A stretch of DNA of 64,000 bases from Alphaproteobacteria bacterium (GTDB lineage: Bacteria; Pseudomonadota; Alphaproteobacteria; RF32; CAG-239), in contig JAFYXH010000002.1 of NCBI GenBank assembly GCA_017546315.1, forward strand, positions 7,736-71,735, given 5' to 3'. Below are positions 47,436 through 56,922 of the stretch, piece by piece. Every line of letters starts with the position of its first letter. Position 1 is the first letter of the stretch. The notes beneath the pieces are model-generated. The model ran no database searches. It was not told the DNA's origin and saw nothing but the letters and a program-made list of their open reading frames with translations. The translations under genes and the position numbers were made by a program.

Positions 47436-48269
47436 TTACTTACTTTTAAAAGATGAAACAGTCTCTTGAACTAACTTATCAATATCTTCGTAAGATATTT
47501 TTTGACCAGCATGAGATTTTAGTATTTCTTTTACTTGTGCTTCAATATTCTTTATGTCTTGAGGGGATAGTTGTTTTTCGAGCCCTATAGTTTCAACTTT
47601 TTGAGTTAAATCTTCATAGAATCTGATAGTTGCGTTTTGTTTTTTCCAAGTATCAAAACAAGCTCCAGAAACCACTAACACCAAAACCCATAAAGCAATA
47701 GACAGTTTTTTAAATTTATTTATGATTAATTCATTGTCTTTTTCATAAATTTCATCATTTTCGTTAGGTTTGCCAAAAATACTTTCTTCTAAAACTGTTG
47801 GTTGAGATAGTGTATGAATAATAAAAATACCCCACGCAACAATCAAAAGCAAAGCAAACCAACCAATGAAAAATACACTTGCTAATAAAAGTGCACCCAA
47901 CATCAAATAAGCTAAAGGTTTTTTATTTATATCATGAAAACGTCTAACACTAACCGCAACTGTTGGAACCAAAGTAGCCAATGTCCAATAATATGCTAAA
48001 AGTGGCATATCAATATATTTTCCTAATGCAAACATTACAAAAAACAAAATTCCGCTAGCAGTCATATAACCCAAAAACTCTAAACGAGTAGCTCTACCGT
48101 GGAAATAAAGATACTTTTCACTAACACCTCTAATATAATAATCAAAAGCATCACCCCATGCACTAGACATATTCTTTTTATCTATTTTAGGTTTTTGCGG
48201 TTTTTCTGCTTTTTTATTTTTTTCAATGTTATTTTGATCAGCCAAAATATCTTTATCTTTTAATAACAT
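47436..48269 (-). CDS. DUF805-family inner membrane protein with a Lys-rich N-terminus and a C-terminal soluble tail
   Basis: 277 aa. YFHGRATRLEFLGY matches the DUF805 GRxxRxEFW signature and is followed by 3-4 TM segments. Confidence 0.55.
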   Translation of the reverse strand: MLLKDKDILADQNNIEKNKKAEKPQKPKIDKKNMSSAWGDAFDYYIRGVSEKYLYFHGRATRLEFLGYMTASGILFFVMFALGKYIDMPLLAYYWTLATLVPTVAVSVRRFHDINKKPLAYLMLGALLLASVFFIGWFALLLIVAWGIFIIHTLSQPTVLEESIFGKPNENDEIYEKDNELIINKFKKLSIALWVLVLVVSGACFDTWKKQNATIRFYEDLTQKVETIGLEKQLSPQDIKNIEAQVKEILKSHAGQKISYEDIDKLVQETVSSFKSK

Positions 48270-48270
48270 A

Positions 48271-49083
48271 TTAAATACTCTCCTCTTGCTTAATAATAAT
48301 TTCGTCTTTGTTTTCTATTTTCTTTTTTCGCTCTCTTGTTTTATGTGCCGATGTTTCATCAACAGCTTCTTTCTCTTTGTTTTTCTTTACTTGGTGATTA
48401 TAAAAGAAATCATACATCTTAAAATAAAGAATAGAAACAAAAACCAAAATAAAAGCACGCACAAAAGATGCAACAAACACATTGATATATGTCAAAGCAA
48501 ACATCAATACTAATAACAAAAATACAGATATTGCAGTTGTAAATGAAATTCTTAAGATATTCCCTTTTGTTTTGGCAAAAGTCATCAATAGAGATCTGTT
48601 TTTACCTGTAATTTCAGAAACGAAAGCAAAAGATGGTATCAGGAAAAAAGTATTAAATAACAAGAAAATACATAAATATTTTCCTAACATCCAAACGCCA
48701 CTTTTAAGGAAATTATCAATAATCCCAATCATAACCCCATCAAGCATCATCTTGAAAAAATGAATACCACTATTGATAACAAGTGTAGTAATTAAAAGGG
48801 CAATCAAAAACAAAGCAATAGCTGTTAAAAATCTTAAACCTGCGGAGATAAATATTTTTTTATCCCATAAAATCTGTTGCTTAAAATAGCAGCCAGCCGC
48901 AAAGTAGAAAAATAAATAATTGTATAACGTAGAAACAATGAAAAAGGATGATCTACCAAAAATAAGGGGCAACAAACTTCCTAGAAAATAGAAAAATGTC
49001 AGAAAGAAAAATGCGAACAGATGATTTGACATATAAAGATATGTGTTTCTGTAGACTTTTCTAACTGACAATTTTTCTTTCAT
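48271..49083 (-). CDS. Polytopic membrane protein, unknown function
   Basis: 270 aa with about 6 TM segments and a Lys/Glu-rich tail. It sits 6 nt after accC and 1 nt before the DUF805 gene. Confidence 0.4.
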   Translation of the reverse strand: MKEKLSVRKVYRNTYLYMSNHLFAFFFLTFFYFLGSLLPLIFGRSSFFIVSTLYNYLFFYFAAGCYFKQQILWDKKIFISAGLRFLTAIALFLIALLITTLVINSGIHFFKMMLDGVMIGIIDNFLKSGVWMLGKYLCIFLLFNTFFLIPSFAFVSEITGKNRSLLMTFAKTKGNILRISFTTAISVFLLLVLMFALTYINVFVASFVRAFILVFVSILYFKMYDFFYNHQVKKNKEKEAVDETSAHKTRERKKKIENKDEIIIKQEESI

Positions 49084-49089
49084 ATTTTC

Positions 49090-50433
49090 TTATTTACCCT
49101 TCTTATTCATGTATTCAGATAACCAATGGATGTTATATTGACCATCAATAAATTCATTTTGAGAAATAATCTCTTCATGCAAAGGAATAGTAGTCTTAAC
49201 ACCCATGATGATAAATTCTTCCAATGCACGCCTAAGTCTCAATAGGGCAGCATTTCTTGTTTTTGCATGAACAATCAATTTTGCAATCATGCTATCATAG
49301 TAAGGAGGAATGCTGTATCCAGAATAAATCTCAGAGTCAACACGGATACCTAAACCACCAGGAGCATGCCATTCAGCAATTTTTCCAGGGCAAGGAGCAA
49401 ATGTTTCAGGATCTTCTGCATTGATACGACATTCAATAGCATGACCTTTGAATTGAATATCATCTTGAGTATATCCTAGTTGTGCGCCACTTGCAATTCT
49501 GATTTGTTCTCTAACTAAGTCAATGCCAGAAATAGCTTCAGTAATTGGGTGTTCAACCTGCAAACGAGTGTTCATTTCCAAGAAATAGAATTTGCCATCC
49601 TCATACATAAATTCTAATGTGCCTGCATTTTGATAGCCAATTTTTCTAATCGCATTACAAACGATGTCGCCAATTTCTTTTCTTTGAGATTGGTTTAAAG
49701 CAGGAGAAGGGCATTCTTCAATAACCTTTTGGTGGTTTCTTTGGATAGAGCAATCACGCTCACCAAGATGAACAACATTACCATATTTATCTGCTAAAAT
49801 TTGCATTTCAATATGGCGAGGTTTTTGTAAATATTTCTCCATATAAACAACATCAGATGGGAACGCAGCCTTAGCTTCAGCTTTTGCCATAGTAAATGCT
49901 TCTGCAATTTCATCATCAGAGTATGCAACCTTCATACCTTTACCACCGCCACCATCTTTGGCTTTAATGATTACAGGGTATCCAATCTTATTTGCCCATT
50001 CTTTAGCATCTTCTACGCTTTCAAGAGCGGTAGAACCAGGAGTAATAGGAAGACCTGCTTCAATAGCAGCCTTTCTTGCTGTAATTTTATCACCTAAAAG
50101 GCGCATTTGTTCAGCAGTAGGTCCGATAAAGGTGATTCCATGCTTTTCAACCATTTCAGCAAAATCAGCATTTTCAGATAAAAATCCAAAACCAGGGTGA
50201 ATAGCATCAGCGCCGGTAATAAGAGCAGCAGAAATAATAGCTGGCTTATTAAGGTAAGATTCGCTAGACCTAGCAGGTCCGATACATACAGCCTCATCAG
50301 CCAAACGAACGTGCATAGCATTAGCATCTGCTTCAGAATGAACTGCAACGGTTCTAATACCCATTTCTCTGCAGGCTCTGTGAATTCTTAAAGCAACTTC
50401 ACCACGATTAGCAATTAAAACTTTTTCAAACAT
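49090..50433 (-). CDS. accC: Acetyl-CoA carboxylase, biotin carboxylase subunit
   Basis: 447 aa with MFEKVLIANRGEVALRI, GGGGKGM and EMNTRLQVEHPITE. Confidence 0.95.
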   Translation of the reverse strand: MFEKVLIANRGEVALRIHRACREMGIRTVAVHSEADANAMHVRLADEAVCIGPARSSESYLNKPAIISAALITGADAIHPGFGFLSENADFAEMVEKHGITFIGPTAEQMRLLGDKITARKAAIEAGLPITPGSTALESVEDAKEWANKIGYPVIIKAKDGGGGKGMKVAYSDDEIAEAFTMAKAEAKAAFPSDVVYMEKYLQKPRHIEMQILADKYGNVVHLGERDCSIQRNHQKVIEECPSPALNQSQRKEIGDIVCNAIRKIGYQNAGTLEFMYEDGKFYFLEMNTRLQVEHPITEAISGIDLVREQIRIASGAQLGYTQDDIQFKGHAIECRINAEDPETFAPCPGKIAEWHAPGGLGIRVDSEIYSGYSIPPYYDSMIAKLIVHAKTRNAALLRLRRALEEFIIMGVKTTIPLHEEIISQNEFIDGQYNIHWLSEYMNKKGK

Positions 50434-50469
50434 TAGATTTATTCCTATTTATTTATATTTAAAAAGCAC

Positions 50470-50955
50470 TTATTCAATAATTACCAAAGGTTCGCCATAT
50501 TCAACAGGATCGCCTGCTTCAACTAAAATTTTAGAAACCTTACCGGCTTTGTGTGCTTTAACAGGGTTGAAAGTCTTCATAGCTTCAACCAAGCAAACTG
50601 TATCACCTTCGCTAACACTGTCGCCAACTTTTACATAGTTAGGAGATTTAGGGTCAGCAGATAGATATACAACACCAACCATAGGAGATTTAACTGCATT
50701 AGGGCTGTTTGTGTAGTCAACATCCAAGCCAGATTGCTCTGTGCTAACAGTGCTGACAGGTGCGCTCACAGTACTTGCAGGAGCTTGCATAACTTGTGGT
50801 TGAGCAACAAATTGACTAGTAGCCATAACACCACTTGGATTTCTAACTAAAGAAATTCTACATCCCTCGTCTTCATATTCAAGTTCTGTTAAGTTTGTTT
50901 TATCCAAGATTTCAGCCAGTCTGCTTATTATTTTTGTATCCAATGGATTAGACAT
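50470..50955 (-). CDS. accB: Acetyl-CoA carboxylase, biotin carboxyl carrier protein
   Basis: Contains the biotinyl-lysine motif (LVEAMKTFNPV). I place the start at ATG 50955 (MSNPLD), which follows the SD gagagga, rather than at the ORF-track start of 51009. Confidence 0.9.
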   Translation of the reverse strand: MSNPLDTKIISRLAEILDKTNLTELEYEDEGCRISLVRNPSGVMATSQFVAQPQVMQAPASTVSAPVSTVSTEQSGLDVDYTNSPNAVKSPMVGVVYLSADPKSPNYVKVGDSVSEGDTVCLVEAMKTFNPVKAHKAGKVSKILVEAGDPVEYGEPLVIIE

Positions 50956-51134
50956 AGTTATCCTCTCATTAAAAATTAAATTCTTTATCTTTGTAAAGCC
51001 GATACTCATAAATTACAAGCATTTTCTGTTTATTCTCCCCAATAATACACAAATTTTAATATTTTTGCTGACTTTTTATTCTGAACTTAATATTATCCCT
51101 AAAGAATATTTACTACACACAAAGAGGGATTGTT

Positions 51135-52394
51135 ATGACTGATTTACAAAGCATTTTAAGTAATTATGGAATAAAAGGAGAAGAAGTATCTATCACAAGA
51201 GGGCCTTTGTTGGAGATAAAGGAGTTTAAATTAGCTCCAGGTTCAAAAATAAAAAATCTATTATCATTAAAAGATGATATAAAAAGAGAGTTAAAGGTTT
51301 CATCATTAGATATATTACAACATTCAAGCAATTCATCAGTGTGTTTTGAATATCCCTTATCTTCTTTTCAAACAGTTGACTTTAGTCAAATATTAAATAG
51401 TCAAGATTTTGTAAATGCAAAAGATTGTTATTCGCTTCCAATATGTATCGGTGTAGATGTTTATGGTCGTCCCCTTATAAAAGATTTAGTTAAAATGCCT
51501 CATTTATTAGTTGGTGGAACAACCGGTTCTGGTAAATCAGTTGGGTTAAATACTTTTATTATGTCTTTAATTTCTTCTAAAACTCCTCAAGAGTTAAAGC
51601 TTGTTTTGATAGATCCTAAAAAGATAGAGTTTGCAATATATAACAACCAAGAATACCTCTATTGTCCGGTTATAACAGAGGTATCTGAGGCTTTATCAAT
51701 TCTTTCTCATCTGGCAGAAGAAATGGATAAACGTTATGATTTATTTGGTAAAAATTTATCAAAAAACATTATAGAATATAATCAGAAAACAGCTAAGAAT
51801 ATGCCATACATAGTTTGTGTGATAGATGAATTTGCAGACCTAATGGCACAAAATAAAAAAGTAGAAGATGATGTGAAACGCCTAGCTCAAAAAGCAAGGG
51901 CGGCAGGAATACATTTAATTGTAGCAACTCAACGCCCATCAGTTGATGTGATAACAGGCGTCTTAAAGGCTAATTTTTCAACACGTATATCTTACAAGGT
52001 TGCAAGTTCTGCCGATTCTAGGACGATTCTTGATGGGACTGGTGCAGAAGACTTAGTTGGGCGAGGGGATTTGTATTTTCGAGCGTCAAATGGTGAGTTA
52101 ATACGTGCCCATGGTGCATATATTGAAGATGATAAGATAATATCAATCTTAAAGCCTTATGCTTGCGCCGTAAAACCATTAAAACTAAAGGAAGAAACTT
52201 CCTCATATTACGCTCAAAAACAAGAAACATCACCAAAAGAAAAAACATCTCTTTTTACAAGATTTGTAAACTTTTGGTTTAAGTTGCATCAAAAGGATAG
52301 GGATTTGATAATTAAAGGAATAAAATATATTTTTACCATTGTTGTAAAAAATATAGATAAAACAAACAAAAAATCCTCAAAAAGAAGGAAATAA
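51135..52394 (+). CDS. FtsK/SpoIIIE-family DNA translocase motor lacking the N-terminal membrane domain and the C-terminal gamma domain
   Basis: 419 aa. The alpha-domain start is I..GP.LEIKEF.LAPG.KI..L..L.DDI. Walker A is GGTTGSGKS, Walker B is VIDEFADLM, followed by ATQRPSVDVITG. The protein ends in a basic tail instead of a winged-helix gamma domain. Confidence 0.75.
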   Translation: MTDLQSILSNYGIKGEEVSITRGPLLEIKEFKLAPGSKIKNLLSLKDDIKRELKVSSLDILQHSSNSSVCFEYPLSSFQTVDFSQILNSQDFVNAKDCYSLPICIGVDVYGRPLIKDLVKMPHLLVGGTTGSGKSVGLNTFIMSLISSKTPQELKLVLIDPKKIEFAIYNNQEYLYCPVITEVSEALSILSHLAEEMDKRYDLFGKNLSKNIIEYNQKTAKNMPYIVCVIDEFADLMAQNKKVEDDVKRLAQKARAAGIHLIVATQRPSVDVITGVLKANFSTRISYKVASSADSRTILDGTGAEDLVGRGDLYFRASNGELIRAHGAYIEDDKIISILKPYACAVKPLKLKEETSSYYAQKQETSPKEKTSLFTRFVNFWFKLHQKDRDLIIKGIKYIFTIVVKNIDKTNKKSSKRRK

Positions 52395-52434
52395 TGCTTG
52401 TAAAACCTCTCATTTTTTGATATAATTTCAAGAA

Positions 52435-53121
52435 ATGGAGGGTGATATGAGCGGTAATAATTCTCATTATATGGAACTGAAGGATATCCCATCTCTACCC
52501 AAAGGGTGGGTTCGTTTAGTTCACCGTTGTATTGGCACAAGTATTGGAAAAGATGTTATCGCAAATATTAAGGAAAATGGTTTAATATTTAATAGAAGAG
52601 TAACAGAGATATCTCCGTCCCAGCGAGGTGGAGCGTATGATTCCCCAGGATACATGGTTTCAGTGTATAATGAGGAATTGTTTTGGCAAAAACTAGAAAA
52701 AGATGATTTCTATATCTTTGATGATGCAAAATATGCAGATACTCAAATAATCTTTGATATGCCAATGGATGAGTATTGTTTTCTCGAAAAATATGGAAGA
52801 GTAGTAGTTGGAAAGATTGATAAAAAATACATATCAGGTGTAATCCCTAACTATAACGGACATAACAAAAAAATCACTCTTCCCAAAGAAGATGTTCAAA
52901 AAGCAAAAAAGATTTCAGAAAATAATCCTCCTGCAAATATTGAACCCATAGGTATAGATAATCTAATAAATAAATTGCAAAAACGTTTCGAAACTATAAC
53001 CAAAGAACGCATACTGCATTCTATAGAAGTAGAAAAAGAAAATATAATCTATGAAATAAATGAAGAACTAAAAGATAGAAAGCTCAAGACTTTTGTTAAT
53101 ATTCCATCAAAAGATAGATAA
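52435..53121 (+). CDS. Hypothetical protein
   Basis: 228-aa ORF. No motif recognised. Confidence 0.4.
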   Translation: MEGDMSGNNSHYMELKDIPSLPKGWVRLVHRCIGTSIGKDVIANIKENGLIFNRRVTEISPSQRGGAYDSPGYMVSVYNEELFWQKLEKDDFYIFDDAKYADTQIIFDMPMDEYCFLEKYGRVVVGKIDKKYISGVIPNYNGHNKKITLPKEDVQKAKKISENNPPANIEPIGIDNLINKLQKRFETITKERILHSIEVEKENIIYEINEELKDRKLKTFVNIPSKDR

Positions 53122-53123
53122 TT

Positions 53124-55529
53124 CTAATATTCATTTCCTAAATCAAAATCGCTATCATCTGTATCTTCAAGCATTGGAGTTCCATCATCTCCAATAACTC
53201 TTTGATTGTTGTTAAATTCAAAGTCAGGTTTCAATGCTTCAATAATTACTACCTTATCATCTAATGTTGCAGGTTTACCTGTTTTAGGGTTAACTCTAAC
53301 AAATCTAATACCTTGAGGTACTCTAAATTCCAAATCTGTTTTATTCTTCAAGGCTTCATTCATAAAGTCGTAAAAAATTGGAAGAGCAGCCATTGCACCT
53401 GTTTCTAGCTTACCTAAAGTCCTTGGTTCGTCAAAACCAACATAGATTCCAACAACTATATCCGGTGAAAATCCCATAAACCAAGCATCTTTATTTTCGT
53501 TCGTAGTGCCAGTTTTTCCTGCTAAATTCTTTTTCAGAGATGCAAGACGAGCACCTGTTCCTCTTTGTACAACACCTTGCATAATAGATACCATCTGATA
53601 AGCAGTTAGTTCGTCTAATACCTTTTTTCTCTCATCTGTAATAATAGGTAGACTTGCATCTTCGTTAAAGTGCGCAACCTTGCAACCTAAACATTGGCTA
53701 TCATTGTTCTTGTATAAGCTTTTACCATACCTGTCTTGAATTTGCTCAATAAGATAAGGGGAAACTTTAAATCCGCCATTAACAAAAACGGAATAAGCGC
53801 TAACCATGTCAATAAGTCTGGTGTCTGCAGCACCTAATGACATAGAAAGAAGATGGGGCAGGTTGTCCATAACGCCTAATCTTTTAGCCATCATAGATAC
53901 TTTATCCATTCCAATATCTTGAGCTAATCTAACTGTCATTAGGTTTTTAGATTTTTCAATTCCTTGGCGAAGTGTAGTTAACCCGGAAAATTCTTTTGAG
54001 TAATTTGATGGTTTCCAAAGAGGCAGACCAACACCTTGGTCAAGCACAAAAGGGGCATCCAAAATTAAATCAGTAGGTGAATATCCTAATTCCAAAGCAG
54101 TAGCATAAACAAAAGGCTTAAAAGTTGATCCAGTTTGACGATAAGCTTGAGTTGCTCTATTGAATTGTGATTTATTAAAAGAAAAACCACCAACCATAGC
54201 CAAAATCTTTCCATTGTGAGGACTCATCACAATCATAGCACCTTCTACATCTGGAACTTGACGAAGCTCAAACACACCTTCTTTTACTTCTTCAGTGTAG
54301 ATAGCGTCACCTTTTTCTAAAACATCATTTACTTTTTTAGGCATTTCGCCAATACGTTGATCTTTTAGATTCTTTCTAGCCCAAGAAATAGACTTTAAGT
54401 AAATCTTACCTTGTTTGCCATCCTCATTTTCAACTAATGCTTCACTTGCATTACTACTCAATACAACAGATTTCTTCCAAGATGAGAGAGCTCCCTTAGG
54501 TAGTTCTGCATTTTTTAAGCTTTCTTTATAGTCTGTTGTCAAATCAATCTTTAAGCCTAAATTTCTATAACCATGTCTTCTGTCATATTCGATAAGACCT
54601 TTTTTGAAAGTTCTAGAAGCAAGCTCTTGAAGTTCAGGGTCGACCGTGGTTCTAACCATTAAGCCACCTTGAAAAACAGCATCCTCACCCATGCTTTTTG
54701 TGAGAATTCTTCTAACCTCATCACTAAAATATTCGCTATCTTTTAAATATCCAAATTGCTTATCTTTAACAATCAAAGGTTTTTCTTGAGCTTCTTTTGC
54801 TTCTTCTTCAGAAACATATCCGTCTTCTCTCATTCGCTCAATTACCCAATTACGTCTAGCAACAGCCGCATCATAACGTTTTTTAGGGTTGTAGTTGTTT
54901 GGTCCTTTAGGTAAAGCCGCCAAATATGCTATTTCTTCCAAATTTAACTCATCTAAAGATTTGTCAAAGTAATTAAGACTAGCAGCTGCCACGCCAAAAG
55001 CTCTGTTTCCAAGATATATTTCATTAAGGTAAAGTTCTAAAACGTGTTCTTTAGTATAAGCTTTGCTCATTCTATAAGCCAAAATTGCTTCTTTTATTTT
55101 TCTAGTTAAAGATCTTTCAGAGCTAAGCAAAAAGTTTTTTGCAACCTGCTGTGTAATGGTTGATGCTCCAACAAAGCGTTTACCTTCAGCATAATTCTTT
55201 ACATTTGTTAAAACGGCTCTTGCAATGCCTAAAAAATCAATTCCAGGGTGGGAGTAAAAATGTTTGTCTTCAGCTGCAATGAAAGCTTGTTTAATTCTTG
55301 TCGGGATTTTGGATTGTGGAACAAAAATTCTCTTCTCAACTGCATACTCCATCATAACTTGACCGTCGCCGGCATATAATCGAGTAGTAACAGGTGGTTC
55401 ATAGTTAGCAAGCTTAGAGTAATCAGGTATATCAAAGCCATTGCTTTTAAACCAAACAAAAACACCAGCCACAAGCAAGACAACAGCTAAAAAACCAATA
55501 CTAATCAAATTTACTATTATTTTATACAT
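53124..55529 (-). CDS. mrcA: Penicillin-binding protein 1A (bifunctional transglycosylase/transpeptidase)
   Basis: 801 aa with a signal-anchor. GT51 blocks present: AAEDKHFYSHPGID and RKIKEA. Transpeptidase blocks present: STFKP, SKN-like and KTGT. Confidence 0.9.
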   Translation of the reverse strand: MYKIIVNLISIGFLAVVLLVAGVFVWFKSNGFDIPDYSKLANYEPPVTTRLYAGDGQVMMEYAVEKRIFVPQSKIPTRIKQAFIAAEDKHFYSHPGIDFLGIARAVLTNVKNYAEGKRFVGASTITQQVAKNFLLSSERSLTRKIKEAILAYRMSKAYTKEHVLELYLNEIYLGNRAFGVAAASLNYFDKSLDELNLEEIAYLAALPKGPNNYNPKKRYDAAVARRNWVIERMREDGYVSEEEAKEAQEKPLIVKDKQFGYLKDSEYFSDEVRRILTKSMGEDAVFQGGLMVRTTVDPELQELASRTFKKGLIEYDRRHGYRNLGLKIDLTTDYKESLKNAELPKGALSSWKKSVVLSSNASEALVENEDGKQGKIYLKSISWARKNLKDQRIGEMPKKVNDVLEKGDAIYTEEVKEGVFELRQVPDVEGAMIVMSPHNGKILAMVGGFSFNKSQFNRATQAYRQTGSTFKPFVYATALELGYSPTDLILDAPFVLDQGVGLPLWKPSNYSKEFSGLTTLRQGIEKSKNLMTVRLAQDIGMDKVSMMAKRLGVMDNLPHLLSMSLGAADTRLIDMVSAYSVFVNGGFKVSPYLIEQIQDRYGKSLYKNNDSQCLGCKVAHFNEDASLPIITDERKKVLDELTAYQMVSIMQGVVQRGTGARLASLKKNLAGKTGTTNENKDAWFMGFSPDIVVGIYVGFDEPRTLGKLETGAMAALPIFYDFMNEALKNKTDLEFRVPQGIRFVRVNPKTGKPATLDDKVVIIEALKPDFEFNNNQRVIGDDGTPMLEDTDDSDFDLGNEY

Positions 55530-55635
55530 AAAAGTTCCTTACTAACCCCTAAAAAAACTTACCATAATATATTTTTTATCATTTTTCTTGTAAACTTCAT
55601 TCTCTCTATTATACCCAAAAAACAATAACAAACCA

Positions 55636-55668
55636 AATAAAAAAGGCTTCCTTTTTTAAGAAAGCCTC
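55636..55668 (-). terminator. Possible rho-independent terminator
   Basis: On the minus strand, an AGGCTT..AAGCCT hairpin is followed by a T-run just after the 55681 stop. Confidence 0.4.
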
Positions 55669-55680
55669 AAATAAAATATA

Positions 55681-56064
55681 TTAGTTAAAAGACTTCTTCA
55701 AATTATGAATACTTGCCTTTGCATCATCAAAAGCTTTTTTGTGTTCTTTTCTCTTTTGGTCTAATTCATTCTTTTTTTCGTTTATTTTGTTTTTGCCTTC
55801 AGCTTTTTTAGCTTCAAGTTCTTTTTTCTTTGTCTCTATAGCTTCTTTGTGAGTATCTTTTTTAGCTTCAATTTCTTTCTTCAAAGCTTCTTTTTTATCT
55901 TTAATTTCTTGTTTTTTAGCTTCTACTGCATCTTTTTGAGTAGCTTTTTGGGTTTCAACTTGTTGTGCAACTTCGCTTGCTTTGTTAGCGGTCTCCAAAA
56001 CATCAAAAGCCATCACGTTAGAACTAAACAATAAAGCACCCAATACTAAAGAAAGTTTTTTCAT
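55681..56064 (-). CDS. Secreted Lys/Glu-rich coiled-coil protein
   Basis: 127 aa with a signal peptide (MKKLSLVLGALLFSSNVMA). The rest consists of periodic K/E/A heptad-like repeats (KKEALKKEIEAKKDTHKEAIETKKKELEAKK). Confidence 0.5.
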   Translation of the reverse strand: MKKLSLVLGALLFSSNVMAFDVLETANKASEVAQQVETQKATQKDAVEAKKQEIKDKKEALKKEIEAKKDTHKEAIETKKKELEAKKAEGKNKINEKKNELDQKRKEHKKAFDDAKASIHNLKKSFN

Positions 56065-56214
56065 TATATACCTCCAAAAAATAAATTACCTCATAACCAT
56101 AAACCTTAAAACAAATATTTCAAGTATTATTATAAAAATCCTCATGTTTCTTTAACTTTATATTAAAAACATTCGCTTATACTTAAATATCAAAAATAAA
56201 CAAAGGAAACTAAA

Positions 56215-56751
56215 ATGAGCGAAAAAAGAAGAAAATCACCAAACTCAACTTTCTTGGATGAAACGTTTTATTATGACCACAAAAAACTTGTCTATTTTGT
56301 AGTTTTTAATGTTTGTCTTAATCTTCTTATTGGTGCATTTCTGCAATATATTTATAATGAAAATTTATTAACATCAAATATTTCTCTTTTTCTTGCAATC
56401 ATTGTAGAAGTTTTTGCAATTCTTGCACTTATTGGTTCTTTATTTGTTGCAATTCACCCATTAAGAGTTGCTCATATAACTAAAGAAGATATAACCATAG
56501 ATCATAATCAGCCGCTAAAGTGGGAAGATATTGAAGAGGCTCAAAAAAGATGTTTTGTGTGTCTGTATCCGCTAGAGGTAATAGCCCTTATTGTTAAAAA
56601 GGATGTTAAATATAAACTCACATTTATGCAAAAAATATGCCAGTATAAAGAGTTTACCGCCTTTTCAATTCCGTTATATGCTATGACACCAAAAGATGTT
56701 GAAAAAATAAAAAACATCATAAAAGAAAAATGTGGATACGATGATAAATAA
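56215..56751 (+). CDS. Small membrane protein, unknown function
   Basis: 178 aa with two TM segments followed by a soluble C-terminal domain. Confidence 0.4.
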   Translation: MSEKRRKSPNSTFLDETFYYDHKKLVYFVVFNVCLNLLIGAFLQYIYNENLLTSNISLFLAIIVEVFAILALIGSLFVAIHPLRVAHITKEDITIDHNQPLKWEDIEEAQKRCFVCLYPLEVIALIVKKDVKYKLTFMQKICQYKEFTAFSIPLYAMTPKDVEKIKNIIKEKCGYDDK

Positions 56752-56755
56752 AATA

Positions 56756-56780
56756 GGGTGGTATATCCACCCATTTTTTT
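56756..56780 (+). terminator. Rho-independent terminator
   Basis: GGGTGG-tatat-CCACCC stem followed by T7. Confidence 0.6.
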
Positions 56781-56922
56781 GTTTATATAAAGTCTCGCCA
56801 AGAGTATCTTTGCACTTTACTATAATCAGCCTAAAGTTTGATGTTTAATCGTAAAAAAACTTTATTTTTTATGCTCTACACCTAAAACGCATCTCATATT
56901 ATAAGATATTTAATGCTAAAAA

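Noticed and set aside
50956-51009. 18-codon N-terminal extension of accB given in the ORF track
   Set aside because: The internal ATG at 50955 is preceded by a good SD (gagagga) and gives the usual BCCP N-terminus. The extension has no RBS.
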